Part shown: positions 55,727-64,000 of the stretch, in pieces | Position numbering within the stretch: the first letter of the stretch is position 1 | Layout of the letters: every line of letters starts with the position of its first letter | Origin: a virus | Taxonomy: Duplodnaviria; Heunggongvirae; Uroviricota; Caudoviricetes | IMG/VR virus record: IMGVR_UViG_3300032335_000499 | Strand: one strand, 5' to 3' | DNA: 64,000 nt | Notes under the pieces: model-generated | Databases searched by the model: none | The model's input: the letters and a program-made list of their open reading frames with translations, nothing else | What the model was told of the DNA's origin: nothing | Position numbers and translations under genes: made by a program

Positions 55727-56356
55727 ATGAATATAATTAATTTTTTACCGCTGTCTGTATATGAGTTTACGTGTGATGAGGAACTAATAGATAGGATTGT
55801 ATCAACTGTCACTGATGTGCCAATTAGAAAAAACACAAGCAATATGGTTTCTGATACAGACTTATTTTACGATGCTGACCTTTATGATTGGTTCAACTCC
55901 TGCATTGAGGAAGCTAAGGAAAACTTATATATACCAAAAGAAGTCAATTTAGAGATTACAAGCTGCTGGGTAAACAAAACAAGAAAGCTTCAAATACATC
56001 ATCGGCATATGCATCCTAATAGCTTTATGAGCGGTATTTTATATCTTTCAGAAGATCATTCAGGGGGACTCACAGAGTTCATGACTGACAATCTTTGGTG
56101 GAATAATTTTAAATGGCTTATGTTTGGAAATAGCCCGACTGCAAGAACTATTAATCAGAAATACGTACCTCAAAAAGGAAAATTATTGTTATTTCCCTCA
56201 GAATTGCAGCATGGGGTAACCGCTATACTAGATAATTCCTCCCGATATACTGTATCTTTCAATACCTTTTTTTCGGGTCCGATAAGTGATACTCAAAAGG
56301 GACGTGTTCGTTTAGAATTAAAGAGTAAATCAGTAGCAGATCATAATGAAACCTAA
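55727..56356 (+). CDS. 2OG-Fe(II) oxygenase family protein
   Basis: HMHPNS.MSGILY, LFPSELQHGV and RYTVSFN. Confidence 0.82.
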   Translation: MNIINFLPLSVYEFTCDEELIDRIVSTVTDVPIRKNTSNMVSDTDLFYDADLYDWFNSCIEEAKENLYIPKEVNLEITSCWVNKTRKLQIHHRHMHPNSFMSGILYLSEDHSGGLTEFMTDNLWWNNFKWLMFGNSPTARTINQKYVPQKGKLLLFPSELQHGVTAILDNSSRYTVSFNTFFSGPISDTQKGRVRLELKSKSVADHNET

Positions 56357-56774
56357 GTTTATCGATTATTTTATGGAAGTAGCAGAACTTACTGCTACAC
56401 TTAGCTATGCAAAGAGATTGCAGGTTGGTGCGGTGATTGTTAAGGGCAATCAGACTATCGGCACTGGCTACAACGGCATGCCAACTGACTGGGAGAACAC
56501 ATGTGAGCATGTACTTGAAGATGGTACACTAAAGACTAAGCCTGAGGTTCTTCACGCCGAAACGAACGCCATTGCTAAAGTAGCACAATCTACAGAATCA
56601 AGTCAGGGCGCTACGCTATTCTGTACTCACGCCCCCTGTATTGACTGTGCAAAGCTAATCTATCAATCCGGCATTGAAACAGTTTACTATAAAGAAACAT
56701 ATCGCAGTGAAGATGGATTGAACTTTTTGAGAAAGAGTGGCATCAATGTCCATAGACATACCGACCGCACATAA
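56346..56774 (+). CDS. dCMP deaminase
   Basis: GYNG, HAETNAI and APCIDC. Confidence 0.92.
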   Translation: MKPKFIDYFMEVAELTATLSYAKRLQVGAVIVKGNQTIGTGYNGMPTDWENTCEHVLEDGTLKTKPEVLHAETNAIAKVAQSTESSQGATLFCTHAPCIDCAKLIYQSGIETVYYKETYRSEDGLNFLRKSGINVHRHTDRT

Positions 56775-56964
56775 AGCTAACATTTCGGTAGAGTTTGGTC
56801 AGCTTAGTGCTACAGTGGAATGGTGTAAAAGAAATTGCGTTGCCGATTGGCGCTATTCAGGAGAAACTAATGAGCATTGGAATGGTGATACTGCATTCTT
56901 TGGTTATGAGTTCTTCTTCGAGTCTGAAAAAGACTATGTAGCATTTTTGATGTGGAAGAAGTAA
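56746..56964 (+). CDS. LRWS-family-like small protein 4
   Basis: EWCKRNC...W...FFFESEKDYVAFLMWK. Confidence 0.6.
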   Translation: MSIDIPTAHKANISVEFGQLSATVEWCKRNCVADWRYSGETNEHWNGDTAFFGYEFFFESEKDYVAFLMWKK

Positions 56965-57209
56965 TGAAGACATTTGTATTTCAAAGAGAGAGCAACAACT
57001 TTGATGATGTATTGAAGGATAAAAATATCAAGAAATACATTGTCGAAAAGTACAAGTTTGCAGAACACCTCATCATACGAGTAGAAGACACCCCAGAGGC
57101 GCTGGCTTATATCACGCTGATGTTTAGTGAAGAACTAGTTAGTATGAAAGATTTGGTTCCAGATAGGACTCCTAAGTCCAACATTGATTATGTGCCTAAA
57201 CGAAAATGA
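56964..57209 (+). CDS. Hypothetical protein
   Basis: TAATG coupling. Confidence 0.55.
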   Translation: MKTFVFQRESNNFDDVLKDKNIKKYIVEKYKFAEHLIIRVEDTPEALAYITLMFSEELVSMKDLVPDRTPKSNIDYVPKRK

Positions 57210-57212
57210 CGG

Positions 57213-57243
57213 TTGACATTTACCGTATAGTATGCTATAAATA
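57213..57243 (+). promoter_or_regulatory. Composite promoter: TTGACA-17-TATAAA whose -10 is also the late TATAAATA
   Basis: Read directly. Confidence 0.7.
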
Positions 57244-57247
57244 AAGA

Positions 57248-57793
57248 ATGAAGATAACTGAACTCCTTGAAAGCGTAGGTAACGCAAAGCCCATTGTTTA
57301 TGTCGATATGGATGGTGTGCTTGCTGACCTCTATAGTCATGCTGCTGAAATCAGTGACGTTGAACATTATAATCAAATGACTCCCGCACAATGGGAAACA
57401 TTCTTTAAGGATAGCGATGCTTATCAGCTATTTCGCGGTATTCAACCATTCAGTACTGCAAACGAGTTGCTATCAATCGTAAAGAACTATGCTGGTGGTT
57501 ATCGTATTCTAAGCAGCCCTCTCAACTTTGACCGTGAGGGTTCTATCAAAGGCAAGCGTGAATGGCTTGCAAAGCATATCAATGTTCCGGCAGATAAGAT
57601 TGTATTTGAACATGACAAGTACAAGTATGCTGTTCAGCCCGATGGCACTCCTAACGTGCTGATTGATGATTACGGGGTCAACACTCGTGCTTGGGATGCT
57701 GCAGGTGGTACTGCAATCAAGTATCAAGCAGATGAAGACAGTTTAGACAAGGTAGTTCAGGTTCTTGCAAAGGTCTTCGGAAAAGATAAATAA
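57248..57793 (+). CDS. HAD-family 5'(3')-deoxyribonucleotidase-like protein
   Basis: VYVDMDGVLAD, ILSSP, GKREW and LIDD. Confidence 0.88.
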   Translation: MKITELLESVGNAKPIVYVDMDGVLADLYSHAAEISDVEHYNQMTPAQWETFFKDSDAYQLFRGIQPFSTANELLSIVKNYAGGYRILSSPLNFDREGSIKGKREWLAKHINVPADKIVFEHDKYKYAVQPDGTPNVLIDDYGVNTRAWDAAGGTAIKYQADEDSLDKVVQVLAKVFGKDK

Positions 57794-57815
57794 TACATAT
57801 ACTTTCGGAGATTTT

Positions 57816-59417
57816 ATGGATACTAGAGACATTTACAAGCTTGTCAGAGAACTAAGCGAAGACCGTGACGATGTTATCAACCTTTATGATAGCATGGACA
57901 TTGAACTTAGTGAAGGATTTGTCATTGAGACCGGCGTAGTTGGCTTCACGGAAGATGGCGTGATCGTACATCTTGACGAAGACGCTATGGAGTTCCTTGA
58001 CTTCAACGGTGTCCTATTAGAATCCGAAGAAGTAGTAAAAGAATCATATGACGATTCACCTGTCTACAACGCTGTTCTTAGACGCATTACTAATCAACAT
58101 TTAGACCTACTAAGCAAGTTTGGTCCTGCTGCTGTTATGGCCGCAGTTGAAGATGTAGCAGACGGCGTTCCCAGTGACTTAGACGAAATTGGTTCAAGCG
58201 ATGTTAGCATTTGGACTAAGCAAGCGATTGAATATTTAGAAGCTGGTCATTATAAAAATCTTCATGAAAATACCGGCGGCAGCATTGACGAATTCAAAGC
58301 TAAAATCTCAACAAGTGATGATCCATTTGAATTAGTATATGATGCTATCAGTGGTAATCACGGTGAAACGATTCGTGCTGCAATGCAGGACATGTATGAT
58401 GATATCGTAATTGATTTTGGACTTCACCCAGATGATGATTTTGAAAAAGTCATTGATAAGATGCTTGACTATCTAGATGCTGATTCAGTAATGAAAGAAG
58501 GCTCAGATAATGTTAGCGAAGATTATACTGACATTAAATTTGATGCACGGTCTACTGCTGATTATGCTCAACAGATTTCACAGGCTATTCAGAAAGTAAC
58601 CGGTGCTCCAGTTTCAGTCACACCCGAACGTGGCGACCCTCGTGATGAAGGCAAATACAATCTAGTAGTAAATCCTAGTACCGATAATCGGGAAGTAGGA
58701 TATATTGTTAAGGACGGAAATGACGGAGCAACAGTAGAAAATATTAGCAAGGCAATTGATCCGTTCTATAGAATGTTTAGAGAAAAAGGATGGGTATTCA
58801 CTCAGCCATTTCGAGGCGCATTTACTATCGGAGTTCCCGCACCAGATGAGCTTTCCGAAATTAAGAGACTATCAGGTCAAGAAGAAGTTGATGAGGGACT
58901 CGGAAAGGCGCTTCTAGGGGGTGCTGCATTGATTGCTGCCATCACTGGAATCAGCAAAATGGAAGCTCATCGCATGATGACATCTGAACCACAACTTATT
59001 GCGCTTGCTCAAATGAGACAGGAAGCTGAACAAAAAGGTGACGAATATAAAGTCAAAGAACTTGACGATAGAATTGAAAAAACAATGAGTCATATCGGCA
59101 TCACTGGTCGTCCTGTAATGGGCGGAGACGGTGAACCAATTGACCCTAGAAAGCCTTGGGCAGGCGAATCAGTTCAAGAAGCAGAATATCAAGGACGCAA
59201 AGTTCCTCTTGGTAAGCCAATGCAGGGTGATGTTGCAAAGAGCAAAGTCTATGTCAAGAAGCCAAACGGTAAGGTCGTGAAGGTGAACTTCGGTGATAAG
59301 AACATGACTATCAAGAAGAATAACCCTGCTCGTAGAAAGTCATTCCGCGCTAGACATAACTGTGACAATCCAGGCCCGCGTTGGAAAGCAAGATATTGGT
59401 CATGCAGAGCTTGGTAA
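57816..59417 (+). CDS. Large acidic modular late protein with a basic C-terminal module
   Basis: TAAATA 57787; ELSEIKRLSG; C-terminal EAEYQGRKV...RKSFRARHNC...ARYWSCRAW. Confidence 0.75.
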   Translation: MDTRDIYKLVRELSEDRDDVINLYDSMDIELSEGFVIETGVVGFTEDGVIVHLDEDAMEFLDFNGVLLESEEVVKESYDDSPVYNAVLRRITNQHLDLLSKFGPAAVMAAVEDVADGVPSDLDEIGSSDVSIWTKQAIEYLEAGHYKNLHENTGGSIDEFKAKISTSDDPFELVYDAISGNHGETIRAAMQDMYDDIVIDFGLHPDDDFEKVIDKMLDYLDADSVMKEGSDNVSEDYTDIKFDARSTADYAQQISQAIQKVTGAPVSVTPERGDPRDEGKYNLVVNPSTDNREVGYIVKDGNDGATVENISKAIDPFYRMFREKGWVFTQPFRGAFTIGVPAPDELSEIKRLSGQEEVDEGLGKALLGGAALIAAITGISKMEAHRMMTSEPQLIALAQMRQEAEQKGDEYKVKELDDRIEKTMSHIGITGRPVMGGDGEPIDPRKPWAGESVQEAEYQGRKVPLGKPMQGDVAKSKVYVKKPNGKVVKVNFGDKNMTIKKNNPARRKSFRARHNCDNPGPRWKARYWSCRAW

Positions 59418-59453
59418 AAAGTTCTAGGCTAGTTAGATAAAATAAATAGTAGC

Positions 59454-59654
59454 ATGACAACACCTGCAAATGAAATCTATAAAGATAGCGAAGAAGTGCG
59501 CGGCCCACGTGAAGCTAAAGGCGGTGCTTTTGCCAGCACCGATATCCCCTTAATCAAAGCAGCACTACATACCTATATCAAAACGCTTGATGAAACTGAC
59601 CCTGATGTAACCAAGATTGCATCACTACTACACAGATTGGGTCGTGTAGGTTAA
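59454..59654 (+). CDS. Hypothetical late protein
   Basis: TAAATA 59443. Confidence 0.6.
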   Translation: MTTPANEIYKDSEEVRGPREAKGGAFASTDIPLIKAALHTYIKTLDETDPDVTKIASLLHRLGRVG

Positions 59655-59669
59655 TACATTGCGTATTTG

Positions 59670-59852
59670 ATGGCAAAACCAGGTAAACAACAGCCTCGTT
59701 ATGAGGTCATCACTCAGGAAACTGAGGACGGTGACCTCATCATTCCATTGCCAATCCCTCTCTTGAAAAAGTTAGGATGGAAAGAAGGCGACAACGTTGA
59801 CATCGGCGTTGACAAGTTTGGCAAATTATTTTTAAAGAAAGCAGATACATGA
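59670..59852 (+). CDS. AbrB/MazE-like swapped-hairpin DNA-binding protein
   Basis: LIIPLP..LLKKLGWKEGD.V.I. Confidence 0.7.
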   Translation: MAKPGKQQPRYEVITQETEDGDLIIPLPIPLLKKLGWKEGDNVDIGVDKFGKLFLKKADT

Positions 59853-60394
59853 TTAATAACGCACAGAGCAATGACACCATCGTGTTGGGTGGGGCTACAG
59901 ATGATACTATTACATTGACTGGTTGGGATAGTCCACTGTCTACCTCATTGGCAAATGCCTACTCATATTCAGCGACATTAGGAACACCTACTAGCATAAC
60001 CTCAGGAGGCGGGGGAGCATCATTAACCACCACCACTGGTGGAGGAATGATGTGGGGTAATGTAGGTACACCGTATACATATACTGGCGCGCCCGGCACA
60101 CTAACTACTACCGCACCCGGCACAATATCCTCTGGTGGCAATTGGACTACTTATAATAATCAACCACAAGTTCTTAAAGTTGCAGGCGATGCTGTGTTTG
60201 ACGGTGAAGTTACGATTAGAGGCGTGAAGTTGGATGACCGACTTACTGCTATTGAAGAACGATTGGGTATCCTACGCCCAAACAATGACCTTGAAGGTAA
60301 GTGGGAAAAGCTAAAGGCTCTCGGTGATGAGTACCGTAAGCTTGAACAAGAAATCCTTGAAGGAGAAAATATTTGGGACATCTTAAAGAAGTAA
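59849..60394 (+). CDS. Thr/Gly-rich protein with C-terminal coiled coil
   Basis: Low-complexity N-terminus; L..IEERLGIL.PN..LE.KW..LK. Confidence 0.65.
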   Translation: MINNAQSNDTIVLGGATDDTITLTGWDSPLSTSLANAYSYSATLGTPTSITSGGGGASLTTTTGGGMMWGNVGTPYTYTGAPGTLTTTAPGTISSGGNWTTYNNQPQVLKVAGDAVFDGEVTIRGVKLDDRLTAIEERLGILRPNNDLEGKWEKLKALGDEYRKLEQEILEGENIWDILKK

Positions 60395-60397
60395 TAT

Positions 60398-60616
60398 ATG
60401 GCTAAAGAAGGAAATACTTTTAAGGTAGAGGGAGAAATCATAGACGTACTACCAAACACTACTTTCAAAGTTAAGTTAGATAACGGAATGGAAGTATTGA
60501 GTTATCTAGCTGGAAAGATGCGGCAGCACCAAATTAGAATCCTTATGGGTGATAAAGTTGACGTTGAACTTAATACTTATGACCTCAAAAGAGGTAGAAT
60601 AGTAAGAAGAAAATAA
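60398..60616 (+). CDS. infA: Translation initiation factor IF-1
   Basis: EG.I.DVLPNTTFKV.LDNG.....GKMR...IRIL.GD.V.VEL..YDL.RGRI. Confidence 0.93.
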   Translation: MAKEGNTFKVEGEIIDVLPNTTFKVKLDNGMEVLSYLAGKMRQHQIRILMGDKVDVELNTYDLKRGRIVRRK

Positions 60617-61341
60617 TGGAATTCAATCAAGGTTTCATTGGGCATAGACCAAATCAATCATTAAAGTTTTTAAGTGTTGATGACGAAAAAAACTTTAATT
60701 CTAATAGACTAAAATCATTACAGAATGATTGGTATTACCGAACAGCAAAGATAACTTACAATCACAATTCTTTAGGCCATAGAAGCATAGAGCCGAACAA
60801 TCTTAACCTTGACAATTACATATTATTTACCGGATGTAGTCATACCGAAGGTACTGGTCTAGAGCTAGAAAAAACATATCCGTATCTAGTGGCTGATAAA
60901 TTAGGATGCGACTATTATAATTTAGCATTAGCAGGTACCGGGATAGATGTAATGATGCACAACTTATCGCTTTGGCTCGGAAAAATAAAAGAAAGACCTA
61001 AAGCTATAGTAGTACAATGGCCAGATGAAGCTAGATTTCAGTTGTCCGTCGGGCGTCAAATTCGTTCGATGGGGATCTGGTCTAGTGAAGAAATCACGAG
61101 ATTTATGGCTGATGGAAGTGCCATTGGCTTCTTTCGTTCAAGGAAGAAAATAGCGTATAACTTTATCAACTCATTTAGTGATGATACTAAAATTATAAAT
61201 GTAAATATTGAACCTGGTAATACCGAAAATATGGAAAATTTTCTTCTCTTTCATCAGTTAGATAGGGCTAGAGATTTAATGCATTTTGGAATTCAATCTA
61301 ACGAGAAACTAACAAACGACTTACTAACAATACTCAGATAA
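60616..61341 (+). CDS. SGNH-hydrolase-like hypothetical protein
   Basis: LFTGCSHTEG, YNLA..G.G and ARDLMHFG. Confidence 0.6.
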   Translation: MEFNQGFIGHRPNQSLKFLSVDDEKNFNSNRLKSLQNDWYYRTAKITYNHNSLGHRSIEPNNLNLDNYILFTGCSHTEGTGLELEKTYPYLVADKLGCDYYNLALAGTGIDVMMHNLSLWLGKIKERPKAIVVQWPDEARFQLSVGRQIRSMGIWSSEEITRFMADGSAIGFFRSRKKIAYNFINSFSDDTKIINVNIEPGNTENMENFLLFHQLDRARDLMHFGIQSNEKLTNDLLTILR

Positions 61342-61349
61342 ATACTCTC

Positions 61350-61910
61350 ATGAGAGAATATATAACCCTGCTTGAAGAAAAATCAAAGCCACTCGACATA
61401 GAAATTATCCCCCTTAACTTCACTGAGAGTGAGGTTAGTCCTGTTATGAGTCAAGACACTCTTGACCTGCATTATGAAAAATTAGCCAAAGGCTACGCTA
61501 CTAGATATAATAATAATGAGGGCGACAAAGACTTCAATTATGCTGGAGCCTTCTTACATAACACCTGGTTCCCTCAGTTTAGAGAAGTAAGAAAAAACAA
61601 TCTTCCAAATGGACCTATGCTAGGATTCATTAACAAACACTTTGGTAGCTACGACAAGTTCAAGAGTGAGTTTGAAGAAACTGCAATGAAGATACAGGGT
61701 AGTGGCTGGGCATACCTAGCTTATGATGGTAAAATAAAAACAATCAAGAATCACGAAGTTCGAGACGATATCCTATTATTAGTTGATTGGTGGGAACACG
61801 CATGGATTCTTGATTACGGTTCAGACAAAAAGAAGTATCTTAGTGAACTATGGAAAATCATTAATTGGAATGTTATGTCTACACGATTAGGAAAGTCTTG
61901 GTCTGCATGA
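61350..61910 (+). CDS. sod: Fe/Mn superoxide dismutase
   Basis: LHY..L, LHN..F, GSGW.YL and DWWEHAW.LDY. Confidence 0.92.
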   Translation: MREYITLLEEKSKPLDIEIIPLNFTESEVSPVMSQDTLDLHYEKLAKGYATRYNNNEGDKDFNYAGAFLHNTWFPQFREVRKNNLPNGPMLGFINKHFGSYDKFKSEFEETAMKIQGSGWAYLAYDGKIKTIKNHEVRDDILLLVDWWEHAWILDYGSDKKKYLSELWKIINWNVMSTRLGKSWSA

Positions 61911-62089
61911 ACATAGATGATATGAAAAGACTTGCTGGCATTGTTGATAGTAGAGGCAAGCCTACGCACATGGAGCCTATCAATCGTAGCGGCATCACTG
62001 CTAAGCCAGGCACAGATGAATGGTTCAAAGCGATGTTCCCAGTGAACGATATGCAAATGCCAGTTGGATTTAGAGGGCGTAAGAAATGA
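61907..62089 (+). CDS. Small hypothetical protein (KRLAGI motif)
   Basis: ATGA overlap; MNIDDMKRLAGI...KPGTDEWFK. Confidence 0.6.
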   Translation: MNIDDMKRLAGIVDSRGKPTHMEPINRSGITAKPGTDEWFKAMFPVNDMQMPVGFRGRKK

Positions 62090-62643
62090 GAGCAACTGAA
62101 TTTATCACTGAAAAGTGGTCGCAAAAATATAAGAAATCTATCAACTGTTCTAATCCAAAAGGATTCAGTCAGAAAGCTCACTGCGCCGGACGTAAGAAAA
62201 ACGAAGAAGTAGAAGAACCAACAACTATCAAGTTAAGAGGTTTTGGCCCAAGTGAAAAGACTAGAGAGTGGGTAGCCAATGTCAATGATATGTTCTACAA
62301 AGAAGGGAACAATGGTTACATCTTTTGGAATCACGAGGGTAATCAGATTCCTAAGGGTAAGGAAGAAACGAAAGACATTGCAGCATATGTACAGTTTGAA
62401 CTTGTTCCTAAAGGTGGAAACAAAGTAGAAGTCAAATGGATTCAGGCTACTCCATTACGAGGTGGCTATGGTTCAAGGGGCATGAAGATATTGCAAGACT
62501 TAGCACAGCAATCCGGCATCGCTCTTACACTGTTCCCCTGGGATAAAGGCGTAATACCACAATCTAAGTTAATGAAGTTTTATAAGAAGCAAGGGTTCAA
62601 TCCACTAAATAAGAGTAAGAACATGATATGGGAACCAAAATGA
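62086..62643 (+). CDS. Modular protein: Cys/His micro-domain plus GNAT-like domain
   Basis: MRATEFITE; KWSQKYKKSINCSNPKGFSQKAHC; RGGYGS...L.KFYKKQGF. Confidence 0.65.
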   Translation: MRATEFITEKWSQKYKKSINCSNPKGFSQKAHCAGRKKNEEVEEPTTIKLRGFGPSEKTREWVANVNDMFYKEGNNGYIFWNHEGNQIPKGKEETKDIAAYVQFELVPKGGNKVEVKWIQATPLRGGYGSRGMKILQDLAQQSGIALTLFPWDKGVIPQSKLMKFYKKQGFNPLNKSKNMIWEPK

Positions 62644-62963
62644 TTACATTAACTGAAGCTGCAATTAAGAAAGTATCGTCTATCCTAGTAAATGAGGGAC
62701 CAGAAGCAAAACTAAGAATGTATGTATCCGGTAAGGGATGTGCTGGTTTAACTTATGGATTCGGCATCACCGACCACGTAGAAAGCGATGATCTTACTAT
62801 TGATCAGGATGATGTTACAGTAGTGATTGACCCGGACTCTCTGCCCTATCTGAGGGGCTCTGTAGTCGATTTTATAGACGGTTTAACTGGCTCTAAGTTT
62901 GATATTAAGAATCCCAATGCCAAAAGTGCATGTGGATGTGGAGATAGTTTCAACCCTTATTGA
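62640..62963 (+). CDS. A-type Fe-S carrier (IscA/ErpA/HesB family)
   Basis: GKGCAGLTY and NPNAKSACGCGDSF. Confidence 0.93.
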   Translation: MITLTEAAIKKVSSILVNEGPEAKLRMYVSGKGCAGLTYGFGITDHVESDDLTIDQDDVTVVIDPDSLPYLRGSVVDFIDGLTGSKFDIKNPNAKSACGCGDSFNPY

Positions 62964-62987
62964 TAAATACTATCATAAGGATTGGAC

Positions 62988-64000
62988 ATGAGCATACCAG
63001 GACAACAAGTAATTAATGTTGGGTTACCAAACGAACCTACTAATAGTGATTCGTTGTACACCGCCTTTACCAAAGCAAACGTAAATTTTAGCACACTGTT
63101 CAACAGTGCAAGTCCCTACAACACATTCACTGCTGGCGCAGGAATTGGTGTAACATCTAATGCTAACACCGGAACGGTGACAGTAACAAACACCGGTGTT
63201 ACTAATATCATTGCCGGCACTAATATAGTAATTGACCAAGCAAACGGAAATGTAACTATTAGTTCAACCGGCAGTAATGGAAATGGTGGCGGAACGGTAA
63301 CAAGTGTAGGTCTAGCGCCGATATCAGCAACTAGATTAACTGTTACCGGTTCTCCGATTGTTTCGGCAGGAATAATGAACATTGACCTTGCCACATCGGG
63401 CGCTATTGCCGGAAGTTATTCTAATCCTAATGTTACAGTCGATGCATACGGTAGAGTTACAGCAGTGGCTAACGGCACTATTGCAGGCACAGTCACTAGC
63501 GTAGGTCTCATTTCGTCACCGAACAGCGGCATTCAGATAAGCGGCGGTCCAATTACTTCTTCTGGAAGTATCACAGTAACTAACACCGGTGTTACTAGAC
63601 TGAACGCCGGCGCTGGAATTTTACTATCTAGTGGAAACGGAAACGTAACCATCTCTGCTAACACTTCTAGCGGTACAGTTACCGCAGTAGGCGTAACTAG
63701 TAGTCAGTTAGTAGTTACCGGCAGTCCAGTTGTAAGTTCAGGTACAATAACTGTAGAGTTGCCTGCTAGCGCAACATTTACCGGCACAGTGACTACGAGT
63801 AACTTGATATCTTCGGGTAGAGTATTATTCTCCGGAAGCGAAGATTTGGCAGCAAGTGCAGCCGCAAATTTATTAGTTACTGCAAGTCATTTTACTACGA
63901 CTACCGCAGAAACAGCAACAGTAGCAGCGGGGACCGAGGGTCAAATTAAGACTTTCATGATGAAAGGTGACGGCGGAGATATGGTAATAACAGTTACTAA
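62988..64000 (+). CDS. Tail fibre/baseplate-type structural protein, runs off the window end (not in the ORF track)
   Basis: TAAATA 62964; INVG.PN....DSL..AF.K.N.NF motif typical of T4 gp9/10-like fibre N-termini; repeats GTVT(S/A)VG and VTNTGVT; no in-frame stop before 64000. Confidence 0.8.
   Translation, partial: MSIPGQQVINVGLPNEPTNSDSLYTAFTKANVNFSTLFNSASPYNTFTAGAGIGVTSNANTGTVTVTNTGVTNIIAGTNIVIDQANGNVTISSTGSNGNGGGTVTSVGLAPISATRLTVTGSPIVSAGIMNIDLATSGAIAGSYSNPNVTVDAYGRVTAVANGTIAGTVTSVGLISSPNSGIQISGGPITSSGSITVTNTGVTRLNAGAGILLSSGNGNVTISANTSSGTVTAVGVTSSQLVVTGSPVVSSGTITVELPASATFTGTVTTSNLISSGRVLFSGSEDLAASAAANLLVTASHFTTTTAETATVAAGTEGQIKTFMMKGDGGDMVITVT

Noticed and set aside
1283-63394. The many short alternative-frame and antisense ORFs in the ORF track (e.g. 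8959-9375, 33825-34346, 34386-35009, 45224-45664, 54013-54522, 63116-63394)
   Set aside because: They lie inside or opposite well-supported genes, lack SD or promoter context, and show no recognisable motifs.
1-64000. tRNA, rRNA, CRISPR array, integrase or transposase
   Set aside because: No cloverleaf/T-loop signature, no regularly spaced direct repeats and no recombinase motifs seen. Intergenic gaps are short and explained by promoters or hairpins. By-eye scan only.
62988-64000. Diversity-generating retroelement target or invertible tail-fibre cassette
   Set aside because: No reverse transcriptase, template repeat or invertase in the window; the repeats are ordinary protein-level fibre repeats.

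Overview
The window is 64 kb of a large lytic dsDNA phage genome, not bacterial chromosome. Genes are densely packed and almost all on the + strand, with one three-gene minus-strand island at 44635-46782. It carries T4-type replication genes (family B polymerase, RNase H-like 5'-3' exonuclease, ATP-dependent ligase, dCMP deaminase). Two promoter classes recur: sigma70-like TTGACA-N16/17-TATAGT and a T4-late-like TAAATA. The host-like accessory genes suggest an alphaproteobacterial, possibly sphingomonad, host (inference). Main points: (1) A late operon encodes two paralogous membrane proteins, CsgF, CsgG, a curlin-repeat protein, a secreted FecR-domain protein and a catalytically intact CHASE2 adenylate cyclase. 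Together these form a candidate phage-encoded surface-to-cytoplasm cAMP signalling system; an outer-membrane beta-barrel gene with its own promoter follows it. (2) A 7-deazaguanine DNA-modification region (DpdA-like transglycosylase, DpdL-like T-fold protein, FolE, QueD, QueE; no QueC in the window) is interleaved with two glycosyltransferases, a 2OG oxygenase and a phosphoribosyltransferase. (3) There are two candidate cis-regulatory RNAs: a preQ1-I-like pseudoknot over the queD ribosome-binding site and a ROSE-like thermometer on hsp20. (4) At least eight genes share an N-terminal motif resembling the T4 capsid-targeting sequence. (5) Five early promoters are built into hairpins that hide the downstream Shine-Dalgarno (SD). 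(6) ClpX, ClpP, ClpS and Hsp20 form a proteostasis module. No tRNA, rRNA, CRISPR array, integrase, transposase or intein was seen. All calls come from motif recognition by eye; no searches were run.
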